NCBI GenBank assembly: GCA_905178155.1
Contig: CAJINV010000010.1
Coordinates: forward strand, 1,284,709 to 1,348,708
Direction of reading: 5' to 3'
DNA length: 64,000 nt
Source of the DNA: Amoebophrya sp. A120
Lineage: Eukaryota; Protista; Dinoflagellata
Shown: in pieces, positions 50,097 to 61,744 of the stretch
How the letters are laid out: each line of letters begins with the position of its first letter
Numbering within the stretch: the first letter of the stretch is position 1
The notes under the pieces: generated by a model
What the model was told of the DNA's origin: nothing
What the model saw: the letters and a program-made list of their open reading frames with translations, nothing else
The model's database searches: none
Translations under genes and position numbers: made by a program

Positions 50097-50991
50097 GGAG
50101 GTTCTCCGAAAGAACGACGAGGGAAGGCGAAAACCACTTAATTTCCTATCACAAGAACATTTTTTCACCTGCTATTTTTGAGGTAAGTACTACTGTCAGC
50201 ACCCTGTGCAGCTACAACATTTATCTGGCGCACCAGTTCGAAGATGTAGTTGCCAGGAACAAGCTGTGACAATTTTTCATCTGATTTCTTAGTTCTCTGT
50301 GGTCTGTTAGTATGGTAGAAGTTCTTCATCTCTCACTGATTCTTGTGCTTACGTCGCGTTAGTCTGCGGGGTAGGGAATGAATCGGAATAAAACATCAAT
50401 TCGGGTTGACAGCTAAAGAATTCATTGTCGATGTGCTAAAGCAAAAAAAATTCCTTTATCGAAACAAAAAAACAAAGTAGAGCCGCGACCTTCGCGCGAC
50501 CAAAGATAGCAATGCAAGCCGCTAAGCATAGCTGGTGAAAAAGGGTGTTCGATATATCAAAACTTGGCAGTGAAAGAAGATGAAGATCCGAAAAACGACA
50601 CGCTCTTGTCATTAATACCAACTCGCCTGCGCTTCGCTTTTTTCGCAGAGAAAATCACTTCTACATAGTGACGTCGCTTTACTGTGTTAGAAGCACCCTG
50701 CTCAGGATCAGAAACCAATGTGTCGTCTCTACTGGTAGCCTGTTTGAATGATTATACCCATACGAAGAGAGCTGCTAGTACGAGTACCTTGGATGGCTAT
50801 CGCTTTCGATGATGTGAGTAGTACTCAGCGCTACGCATTTGTTTACCAGGACGGGACACAAACATGGAGCGCGCGGCGTAGTAGTAAAAGTGAAAAAATG
50901 TCCACGTGGTCTCCGCAAGAAGTCCGTCTTGAAGAGTTGTACACAAGTGGTCCCAAAGTGTAGCTGACTGCTCTCGACGATTATCCGCCAG

Positions 50992-53900
50992 ATGCGCAAC
51001 CCCACATCAAGCACGTCCACCGGCAATCCCCGCCTCGGCGGGGACGATGACGAGGGGCCGATCCTTGTGGACCGCACCGAACATGTCATCGACGAAACCA
51101 CAACTGCGCTGGAAGACGAGGAGCTGCTGCTCCAGCAGGAGCGAGAAGAGCGCGAGCAAGAGGAATTGTTTCAGAAACAGCGCTCGGCGGACAGGGGCAG
51201 TAGAACTGGTGGCGCACCAGCCAAAGGCCCAGGAGGTACTACCAGTGCTTCGGCCTCCAGAGAGTCCTCGAAGCAGTTTCCTACTGGTGGTAGTGCTGTC
51301 GGACTCGGGCAGATTTCAGATGGAGACAGTCAGCAGCAGCAGTTGCAGCAACTATCTCAATCTGGGTCTCCCACAGGGGCACCGGATCACCACCCTCTGC
51401 TTGATGGGCAAATAAAACTGACCCAGCAGCCGCTTTCCGACCACGATTCAGGTGAGTCTACCACTTCCGAAGACCATTTAAACGATGTTTTTGAAATCCG
51501 GGATTTCACCGCCGTGTCGCCGCTGGAAAAACTCTCTCGGGAGCTGCAACTGATCGTGAAAGGCTGGAGCAGCCACTTCAAATCTACCTCGGGATGTTTG
51601 ACGTCCGTGGTAGATTGCCGGGATACCGCACAGTGTTTGAAATTGTTGGAGCAGATGCGGAGAAATAGTGGCGGAACTTTTAGTGCCGCTGGCGGGAAAA
51701 CATCAGCAAACATCGCGAAAACAAATCAAAATCTTCCATCGCCCGCGGCTTCAGTTCTAATCGACCACCAGGAAAAGGAGTTTAAAGCTTTGACCCTGCA
51801 ATTCCAGCAAGCGCTGCAGTTTTACAGCGAGCACAAGTCGTCGCAGGGCCGGATGATCGCGAGATTTCGGTTCAACAACATGAAATACCACCTACATGTG
51901 TACTACGGCCGCCCGGTACCGCTGAACGTGACGGATGAGCTGTTTCATCGGTTTACGAATCATATAGCTGGTGGTGGTGGTGGTCTTCGTCTTGTTGTTG
52001 GCGGCGGGCCCACAACGACAGGCGCTGCTAAGTCGTCCACTGGTATAATCGCTGCTAGCTCTAGCGCAACATCAACTGCCCCCGCCTTTCCACCGGTCCT
52101 GAAAGAGCTCGCGGACCTACTCGCGCAGGAGCAAAAATTTCCCGTAAAGTGCCACCCGAATACCCGGAGATTCGGCGTCCGGCAGTTCATCATGGTGACC
52201 CGGGAGCGGGTACCAAATGCAAAAATGTCTGGGTCTGGAAGGTTGGAACTTGTGATGCTAACTTTGGAGTCCAAAAAAATTTGTATTGCATGACCAGCAA
52301 GAGGAGTCTAGTTTGTGCTACGCGGCGGGGAGGGCGTTTGTCATGCGGAGTAGGCATCAGCAAGCCCTCTAAAAATCTGTGATGCTAGGGCGTGCATTAC
52401 AGACATCCTGGGTCATGCAAAATATGCATGACAAGTCTCAGAATTATCTTCCAGACCCAGACACTTTTGCAATCCATAGAGGGAGTCGCAGGAAATTTCA
52501 AACGACTCCGCGAACTTTCTCCTGTCCGCGATGCTGATTGCGTATGAACGCCTCAGGTTTGAAATCCTGAAAGTGGAAATGATTTGTAATGCAAAAAAAC
52601 GATTCCAGTTGAAGTGGCATTTGTAGTCGGCGCATGACAAATTTCCCGGGCACTTAAAGCGTGTCTGTCATGCAGCTCAAGGCAAGGGGGGGCCCTTCTG
52701 TCGTGCTAAGCAGCACTCCAATTCTTGACCCCTAGCAGGACAATAGTCAGCCTCCATTGCGTTCTCTGCAATACAGTCTTTTTTGCGTCGCATTTCATGC
52801 ATCACAAATCATTTCCACTTTGAGGATTTCCATTCTGAGGCTTTCATATTGCGGTGCGAGCGGCGTTTCCGACCGCCGGGTTCAAGAGCCTGGAGTGCGG
52901 GAGGAAGGCAAGGGGTGCAGTACAACTAGCTGCGTCGAGTAGTCGTGGCCCCGGGGCGAAAGCACTGAATAAGAATAATATTAAAGCGGGTAGAACAAGA
53001 ACATCTACATCTTCTTCAACATCACCCGCATCAGGAACTACGACTATTGCAGTCCCTACTACTTCTTCTTTCTCCGACACTGCCCTGGACATCCCCTGTT
53101 TTGTGAACCAAAACCCGGGTGAGGTATGGATTGCAAATATGTCTGGGTCTGGAAGATTGTCAGCTTTGTCATGCATATTGGGCACGAGGACCCATGACGC
53201 CTGTAATGAATGACCTAGCATCACAGAATTTCAGAGGGCTTTCTGATGCCTTTTCCGCATGAGAAATGCCTTCTCCGCATAGCACAGACTGGACTCCTCT
53301 TGCATACAAATGCTTCGCGGGTCCAAAGATAGCATCACAAGTTGCAACCTTCCAGACCCAGACATAATTGCGATGCATATGAGGGGGTAAATGGCAAAAC
53401 GATCGGCGAGGGGTTCTTCCTTCTCCCCGACAAGAAGACGGCTTTGCGTCGGAATTTTCTCTCCTGCGCGCGGTCGAGTAGACACGTAGACCCGCTACTG
53501 AAGGACCTACCCGGATTGCTGATCTTCTGGGAAAGTTTGAGAAATAAGGTGCCGAGGGAGGTCAATTTGAAGTACAGAAAGGACTGCACTTGGACGAAGG
53601 CGGAGCATTTGACAGAGCTCTTTCACGCTTGTTCTCGTACGGATGTTTCTGGTGCAGCTACGGTTGCATCTTCATCTACTGCTGCATTTATGTTCCCGCA
53701 ACTGCAGCAACCAGTTGAAAACTATACAGGGAAGACCTCCAAATCTCTTACCCCAAGGGAATTAGTCCGCGTCCAGCACGGCCCGCAGATTCGCGCCCGG
53801 TTTGTGTACCTTATGGCGCTCTCAACTGTTACATTCTCAACTGTTACTTACATGAATTCGTGATGCAAGAATGGCAACAGTAAAAGGGGCTAGCTTGCTG

Positions 53901-56900
53901 CTTTCGCATCACAGATTTGGCACAGATTTAGGCGCTGTTGAGTCCTTCGGAAATTTGTCATGCGAAGCAGCTTGATTATCTGTCGGCTTAAGGTAGTTCC
54001 GCATGACAAATCATGTAACAGTTGAGAATGTAACAGTTGAGAACGCCATATACCTCTGCGAAGAGTTCGACGCCATGAACTATGACCCAATTGTGGGGAA
54101 AACTTTGGAATTGATGCAGTTGTTCTGCCTCTGGGGACCGTTTTCGAAGGGGGACTACTTTGGCACCACGGGCATGTATGATGAGGAAGATGAAGTAGAG
54201 CTAGTGCTGTCCTCATCTACGGCCGCGCAGGAGCAGGAGGAGCCGGGTTCCTCGCCTCAGAAATCACCTGCCGCTGGTCCTGCTGTGGTTCCAGGCGGTG
54301 AAGACTTACCCGTAGCACCAGTGCCCGGAATATTAACCACGGACAGAGTAGATGAGCAGGATCCAGACCGGGGCTTAGCAAACCACCTGCTGGAAAAAGA
54401 AACTACGTCAAAAACCACTTCGAGCAAAGGGAGTGATCCTGCTGAAACAGTTACACTTACAGCACCACCGGCAGATTTTTCGCCAAATAAACCTGCCCCA
54501 CCACCACCTCCACCCCCGCCTCCGCCGCCATCGTCCCTCCCGGCAGCGACGAGAACGAACCAAGATGACACAAAAGAGCAGAGACCGTCCGTCGCGTCTT
54601 CTGTGCCCTCAAATTTGAGCAGATCTCAACAGCAACAGCAACACCCTCCCAACACCGACGACGAGGAAGAGGATTTTCTGAACCCGTACAAAGCCCAAGT
54701 TTGGCAGTTCCGAGTGACGTGCACGGAGGCGGAGAAACGGCGAAGTTGGATCCGAGAGCACATCGAGTACTTCCTGGATTTCGAATCGGAAACCTCGGAC
54801 ACAGAATCCCTCACCCAGTTTCTCGGTACGACCACTGGGTCGACCGCTAGCGGACAGAGACTGAAGAACCAGAACACCGAGCAGCAAACGGGCTTTGGGT
54901 TAACCGCGTTAGGATTGCATCTCGCCAACGCGTACCAGGATTTCATTTTACCCTCGGAGAACGAGCAGCTGAAGATTTTGGACTCCTGTTTCACGCGGAT
55001 AAGGTCCAACACGGATGCTATCGTGTATGACCAGGTCATGGAATTGTTTCACCAGTATGAGTCACAGTGTATCGACACCCGACGCATCGTGTCCCAGGAA
55101 AACCACAACTTCCGCGAATCGGAAAAAACGGAAATCCTGGAGGACTGGGAGGGACACAGCTACAGGAGTTTCGTCGACGCATTAGAGTCGACCCTTGGGG
55201 GACTGTGTATCGAGGCAGATGTTGATAAAGATAATTTGCTTGAAAAGAGCAGAAGTAAAAGCAATTCACCTTTTGAAAATAGAGCTGAACGAAGTGGAAG
55301 TGCACCTCCATCTGCGACAACAAGAGGAGCGAATATGGTGTCAACATCAACCAGCACTCGCTCTTTCACCAGCACTCTCCGTACCTTGAACGACCTGCAC
55401 AAGATTACGCAGACTAGTTTGAAGGGCGCGCCGGCGATTCTCTCCACTTTGTTAGAGGAGATTGTGGTCCGGAAGGGGGTTTTGAATTTCCGTTATGCAT
55501 TGCAAAAGTATCGTACTCGTATAAATGCATTACAAATCTCCTCAGCATGAGAAATGAAATTTGCAATGCTGATTTACCTTCGGAACAAGATTTGTATATG
55601 CATGACTGCAATACGAATACGAGTACGATACTTTTGCGCAGGATATCCGCGCCATCTGCACCATGTACTTCAAATTAGTGCAGAGAATACGGCTTTTCTG
55701 GTATCCTGAGCAAAAATGTACCCACCCCAGAGTTGTCATGCAGATTTGCAGCTACAGGAAGATTTGTAATGCGCATACACATGAGAGGCATTTCCAATCA
55801 CGTTTTGCGCTTTGCAATGCTGTCGACAGGATGAGTAGATGGATTTGTGTTGCGGCTGTGCTTGCTAAACTGCACTACAATACCTCGACGAACTTGTCAT
55901 GCTGGACCCCCAAAACTTCTCGATGTGTGTTGCAAAATCCCCATCTTGACTCTGGGGTGGGGACGTTTTTGCACAGGATATCTGGAACGAACGACTCCTC
56001 AACGGGGCCAGCGCTGTCGCGTCGAAAGCTGCAGCAGATGCGCAGCCGGGGGCTGGAGTGGGAGGAGCGGCAGGTGCTCTTGGTTCCGAGCAGCAGCAAT
56101 TTTCGCAGCCCTGGTTTGTCACTAATGATCTTGGACAAAGAATATCTCCACCGACGTTGGAAATAGATGAAGACGCAGCAGCTGAAGCGAAGCTCACAGC
56201 GAAACGGAAGCGCCGCGCTCTCGCGGACTTGGGCTTGCGAAGGGCAAATGTGACCGATTTCCAGAATTGCTTGCTCTACCAAAAGTTTCACGTCGTTTTC
56301 TACTGCATTGAAGCGGAAAAATCAGCTTCGAACAGGAGGGGACTGGAAGACTCCGTGGAATTCATCCGGAACTTGTCAGCTACGTCAAGTTCAAGTGGCA
56401 CGACAACTGGTGCCGGAGGAGCCATATTAAATGGAATACAGACAGGACTGAATACGCCAATGTCCAGCACGACTGCGCCCGATACAACACCCGGACGGGA
56501 GGAAACAAATTACTCTCCTCCCGTCAGCGAGAGAAGTGACCAGCATCAGCCGCCGTCGTCCGCGAGTTCTGGCATCGTCCATGTGCAGCATGACAATGTG
56601 CCCCCCGGCGGCGGCGGGTTGCAGCTACCGGAAGGAACAAGAAGCGGAGACAAGAAACAAACCGCAACGACGAGAACCACGACCCCAGAACACCAAAATC
56701 GTTCGAAAACGAAAATCGAGGGCGGGATTTTGGAAACTGCATTCTTTTCGCACAGTAGTAGTACTACCTCGTCCGGAATAGTGAACGCTACCTCTGGAGC
56801 TTCCACCGCGAGAAACAAGCACGACAGAGGTAGCTCCTCGACCAGGTCTAGTAGTTCAACGAGCATCAAGCGAATGAATAAGCGAACTGCAGCCCCAGAA

Positions 56901-59587
56901 CAGCAATTTCCAGTAAAAAAATCCACCGACATCCCCATCGCCATAGCCCCCCTGATTGCGGAGGACACGCTCGGCCGGAAGAAGCAGGCGCTGGGGCCTT
57001 TGTTAGAAAAAGCGAAAATCGCCCGGGCGAAAACAACGAAAGCAGCGACTCCGATTCCTTCGCAAAGGACTGATATGATCACCAAAGGAACTTCATCAAG
57101 CAGCACAGCGGGCGCGTCTCGGAACTACAAGCTAAGTTTTCCTGCTAAAAAGCCTGCAAATAAGTTGAGCCGGAGGCAAAGGGAGAATCTCGCGCTACTC
57201 GTGAGGCTGCAACAGCAAGTGCCGAAGCTGGACTGTGAGCAATTTCTGATGAACTTTGCTGCGAAGACGAAATCACAGACCAGTCCGAACCAGGAGGACT
57301 TTGTGAAGTGGTACACTGGCATCTGTGACTTCTTCGACGACCAGGAGTTGGCGCTGTTAAAAGGTGTTTTCGCGGAAGTCTTGTGCGAGCAGGAATGTCC
57401 TTTACCGATTTACAATTTTCCGCAGGAACCAGAGAATCTGGACCATCTGGTTGCGCATCCACAAAGCACAACTCTCAGCACAAACAGTTCCGACCCCGAT
57501 TTAGCGGAGGATAAAGCGGCATCGGAGCACTTGAAGCAAGCGATTCAAACGGCGAATAGTGCGAAGATTCAGCACGGGTTGGTGTCGATGAAAAAACCTG
57601 AAAGTTTTATGATGGAGAAAGAAGCTGCTGGTGCTCCTGGTGGAAAGAACAGCAATAGTGGGGAGGTTATCAATAGCTCCCAGGACAGCAGTCCGAGCAG
57701 TTCGAGGGTAGTGGTGTCAAAAACTTCTACCGACGCGGGGGCCACTGCACCGGTCGAAACTACACAGCAAAATGGCAAATCGTCTTCTACTTCCTCGCGA
57801 ACAGGAGGAGGTGGATTTATTGCTCCTAGTACATCGTCGACAAAGATTCCGACTTTCATCGAAAACTTAATCGATCCGGCGATTTTTGATCCGGAAAAGG
57901 ACGCGGAAATGTCGTTGCACTACCTCGTATGCATTGCAAAATCATCGTACTAGTAGAAATCGCATCACAAATTTTTCCAGCATGACAAATGGAATTTGTC
58001 ATGCTGTTTTACCTTGGGATGGAGATTTGTAATGCATGGCTGCGATAATGGTTACGAGTGCGATACTTTTGCACGGGATACCTCGAGAACGTGCACACGC
58101 GGGAGCTCTGGTCGCAGTTGTTTCATGTCGTCGTGCAGGTTTTGGTGAAGGATCTGGTGCAAAAGCACCTTCGCCTGATCTTGCTCTACGAAGATTTCTT
58201 TTTGGAAAAATTTCTTCAACCCTTGAACGAACTACTGCAATCAATCTTCGAGACCGCAAAGCAGGAATGGAAAAAGCAAAGGCTTCTCAGCATGCGCATG
58301 GGGGAAGATAATGATAACGAAATTGAGGACTTGGAGGACACCGCGTCCTTTGCGTCTGTCAGTTCGGAGGAGGAAAGTAACCTCCAAAACGAGCAGCAAG
58401 TAGAAAGGGAAACGGAGAATATTGATGTTGGTACAGCTGTTGCTCCTGATGCGAAAGTGAAAGACAGTCTCGCAATGCAGCTGGACGACATAGAGAACCC
58501 GTTTGATGTTGATGCAGCTCCTGGACGAGGTGTTCTTGAGAAGAGTTCTCCTGCCGCTGTGTCGTCGCCCACAGAAACTCAAACTCGACCCACCCAGCCA
58601 ATGCTCGGGATCGTGTCGCCCCCCTCCAAGAAAAACCGCGGGACATCATCAGCAGGTGCAACTGCATCATCTTCACTTGGAAGTAACAGTGCGCAGAAGA
58701 CCAGCACGAGGACTGCTCAGATGAAGAACATTGCGGAGTTTTTGCCGACTATCTCCAGCAAGGAAGTTCAAGGCCCGTTGTCTTCCTCCGGTGCAAGAGC
58801 AAGAGAGCATCATGATGAATCCGACGAGAAGAGAAAAATAAACAACGACTCATATAACAACTACACCGAAGGTGACCTCCATGATGACGACGACGACCCC
58901 TTTCCAGACGGTTCCTGGGCCGACTCAGGCACAAATCCCGTTCCGAGCCACCGCGATTTGGAACCTCTGCTGGCGTTGCTCGACAGCTTCTCATTCCATC
59001 TGGAATTGTGCGTAGCGCTGGACAACGTCTTTTCCTCAAGTAGTACAGGAGGGAATATTAACGATTCATCTTTGAGCAACATCAAAACAGCGACGACGAA
59101 TGGCAGCGCTGGAGGTGGATATAATGATCACGCAGCTCGAAACAACACCAGCAAAAATTCCGCCGAGCAACTGGCCAAGAAGCACTTAATCGAGCAAATC
59201 CTCCAGAATCCGCAGCGATTGGCAAAGGATCTCGACCCGAGAAAGGATGTTTTCGCAAGGAAGATACTGGCAAGTTGCTTCTTTCGGAAGAACAGATCTC
59301 GCAGCGTCGATTCAACAGCGAGTGGGCTGCAGCATATGGCTTCTCAGAGCGCTGGAAATTATACTACGACAGCCGGCGCCGGTACTACCCCAGGAACAAG
59401 CGGGATGAGCCACACGGCCGCGGAGGATCATTTTCTTCTGCAGCAGCAGGATGAAGGTAGCCACGACAATATCGTTCTGAAGAAGCCGTTTGTGCAAGAG
59501 TTTCTGATCGAGGACCCCTTCACGCGTGTGTACGCGGAGGTCAGAGATCCCTTCACGCGAGTAGCGACCGCGTATGCGATGGCATAG
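50992..59587 (+). CDS. RAB3GAP1: Rab3 GTPase-activating protein catalytic subunit-like, expanded by low-complexity inserts; 7 introners and no GT-AG intron needed
   Basis: Collinear motifs DVFEIRDFTAVSPLEK...W, FPVKCHPNTRRFGVRQFIMV, LLSAMLIA, NCLLYQKFHVVFYCIE, EDFVKWY, IFDPEKDAEMSLHYLE match my recollection of the family. Confidence 0.8.
52211..52478. mobile_element. Introner, family B
   Basis: TAC...ATA; repeat GCGGG/GAGGG. Confidence 0.9.
52543..52848. mobile_element. Introner, family H
   Basis: TATGAACGCCTCAGGTTTGAAATCC...GGATTTCCATTCTGAGGCTTTCATA; repeat TTGCG. Confidence 0.9.
53125..53379. mobile_element. Introner, family B
   Basis: TIRs; repeat TGAGG. Confidence 0.9.
53812..54050. 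mobile_element. Introner, G-like TIR with internal 14-bp duplication
   Basis: TATGGCGCTCTCAACTGTTACATTCTCAACTGTTAC...GTAACAGTTGAGAATGTAACAGTTGAGAACGCCATA; repeat TACCT. Confidence 0.9.
55494..55645. mobile_element. Introner, family A
   Basis: TIRs; repeat TCCGT/TCCGC. Confidence 0.9.
55702..55980. mobile_element. Introner, family C
   Basis: TIRs; repeat TCTGG. Confidence 0.92.
57928..58080. mobile_element. Introner, family A
   Basis: TIRs; repeat CCTCG; restores LHYL-EN. Confidence 0.9.
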
Positions 59588-60355
59588 TGAAGTAGAGGAA
59601 GAGCTGCAGCGAGACACAGATGAATTCGTCCAGATGTGAATGTGATGAGTTATGATCAAGACAAGGCACCTGCTTGAACTCGACGGAGATGATCATGACA
59701 GCGAGTTTCATTTTGAAAGCACGAGACCCATCAACATCCGTGCGACTTGTTCTTCGCGCGCACTTCTTGTGTGGGGACTACAATCAGAGGTGAGTCGATG
59801 CGGCGATGCAGATCATTATAGCGCAGCGATGCGAAAACAAGATATCCTCGGTAGTTCCACATCTAGTACCCCGGATGAGCAGTGGTCTTTGCATTTGCTC
59901 AGTTGTTGGTCTTTTTTTCGTGTATGCGAAGATCTTGTGCGAGGACTCTAGTGACCTAGAGATGAACAAGAAGAAGAATGCACAGCACACGATTGTCTGA
60001 TGAGCAGCGCGGTCTTGTTGTGCAGCCGTACTCAACTTCTGATCTCCTTTTCGTATATGATTTGTTTCCTCGTCTTCCTTTTCAGGACAATGTCAAGGAG
60101 AAGCATTCGCTTGTAGCTGTTAGCTCCTTTGTTCCGCTTAAAAAAACAAAAATCATTTATGACCATTGTGGTACTTTTTATTGCTGTTGCAAGTGCAACT
60201 CATCCCGAAGTAGCTTCGTATGTGTTTAGTACAAAATTTTTCTATATCGTATCTACCAAAATTATCACTAACAAAAAGAGAGAGTAATATCTAACACAAG
60301 ATGAAGAGAAACTCAAGAGAAGATCATTCGGAAAAATAAAATATCGAACAGAAAA

Positions 60356-61744
60356 ATGATGGAAAGAGAACGAATTTTTACGCGAAAAGCGCTGACCGGC
60401 CTCTTCCTCCTCCGGTTTCTTGCGGTCCACGAAATAGTTTCTCCCAGTGCAGCTACGGCAGCTGCCTCGGCAAGTGGAAAGAAAACAACCACTGATGAAG
60501 AGACTGGCGGAACAAGTAGAACCAAACGGAAATGGGACGAAGAAGCTGAAGTAGATCCACCTTACGCAGCAAGAACTTCAACTTCTGACGAGCAGCATCA
60601 TTATCATACCGAATTCCAATTTTTACCAACTATCTCTAGTGCAGCGGCTCCTGCGGTGGGGGAACCCGCACCGGCACCATGGTTTTTTGATCAGCCTGAT
60701 TATCGCGGCCGGTTAGGTAGCTGTAACAACTTCCACTACGTCGAAAAAGGAGCGACTGATTTTTTGCAGCAAGAAGCCCCTGCGCAGTTCCTGCAAGCCG
60801 AGCAACCGCCCCAGCGTGGAAGACCCTCATCTGATGTCTCGACGACATTTTTGTACCAAAGAACACGACCAGTGCAGCAGCTGGAGCTGCCCAGCAGCAG
60901 TAGCTCAAGCTCTAGCTGCGCTCTCTCGACGACGCGAATAAAGGAAGATCCACCGCGGCCAGCATCTCACCTTCATCATCCTTATTTGAGCCGTGGACAA
61001 CATAATTCCACTTCTACGGGGGGGACGAGGTCCTTGTCGGGGACGACATCGACGTCGTCCCCCGGGACCACCATGAGCTTCCTAGCTGGAGGTTTTGAAC
61101 AAAGCACGTTAGGCATGGGTCCCAGCGTTGAAGTTGTTCATGATCTACAGTGCGATTTAGACTCTGACACCAAGAGAAACTACCGAGATCATATATTACT
61201 GCTGCCAGCGACATCAACTACGGAAGCTTCGTCCACGAGGCCGGGCGGAGAAGGAGAAGTTTCGGAGACAGTAGGAGGATATTCTAGCGGGAGTGGTAGT
61301 TTAGCTACTCTGCTGCATAATCAGGGGATCTACAACATTCTTGGTGGTGAAAATAATGCGAGGCAGATGAACACGACGACTTTGCGCGGCGAACATCACG
61401 GTGTAAAACGATCCGCACTTGTTCTGAAGAGTTGCATTCGTAAAAATCGTAGCTCCGGCGCTCGAAGCTCCGTTGACTGCATTGGCGGCGAAACTTCGCT
61501 CGCTGCGACACCCTTGAAGATGTCGACGTCCCAGCACAAGGAAGTGGTAGGCGAAGAAGTAGATGACTTATCTACTGCAGGAACAAGAATGCGAGTAAGA
61601 ACTACTGACCCGCACCACGACCACGAGCAGAGCCGCGCTGACCTAGGGTCAAAAGTACTCAAAATCGCTGGGATTTTTTTTGAATTAAAAAATTTTTTTT
61701 CCAATGATTCCATACCCGGAGCAGTGGCCGTCCGAGGAAGTTGA
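60356..61744 (+). CDS. Hypothetical low-complexity protein with N-terminal hydrophobic segment; 3' end runs into a TIR element (probable original stop at 63223-63225)
   Basis: 462-aa ORF; the RTTDPxHDHEQSRA coding segment is duplicated beyond the insertion. Confidence 0.5.
   Translation: MMERERIFTRKALTGLFLLRFLAVHEIVSPSAATAAASASGKKTTTDEETGGTSRTKRKWDEEAEVDPPYAARTSTSDEQHHYHTEFQFLPTISSAAAPAVGEPAPAPWFFDQPDYRGRLGSCNNFHYVEKGATDFLQQEAPAQFLQAEQPPQRGRPSSDVSTTFLYQRTRPVQQLELPSSSSSSSSCALSTTRIKEDPPRPASHLHHPYLSRGQHNSTSTGGTRSLSGTTSTSSPGTTMSFLAGGFEQSTLGMGPSVEVVHDLQCDLDSDTKRNYRDHILLLPATSTTEASSTRPGGEGEVSETVGGYSSGSGSLATLLHNQGIYNILGGENNARQMNTTTLRGEHHGVKRSALVLKSCIRKNRSSGARSSVDCIGGETSLAATPLKMSTSQHKEVVGEEVDDLSTAGTRMRVRTTDPHHDHEQSRADLGSKVLKIAGIFFELKNFFSNDSIPGAVAVRGS

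Noticed and set aside
10373-58311. Many short ORFs sharing peptides such as CKSIVLV, YEYDTFA, MSGSGRL, LPDPDIFA
   Set aside because: They are translations of introner TIRs, not a protein family.
7845-59587. Interpreting the interrupted genes as transposon-killed pseudogenes
   Set aside because: After applying the single removal rule, the exons I translated show no stops or frameshifts and catalytic motifs are largely intact in both ThrRS copies and the other housekeeping genes.
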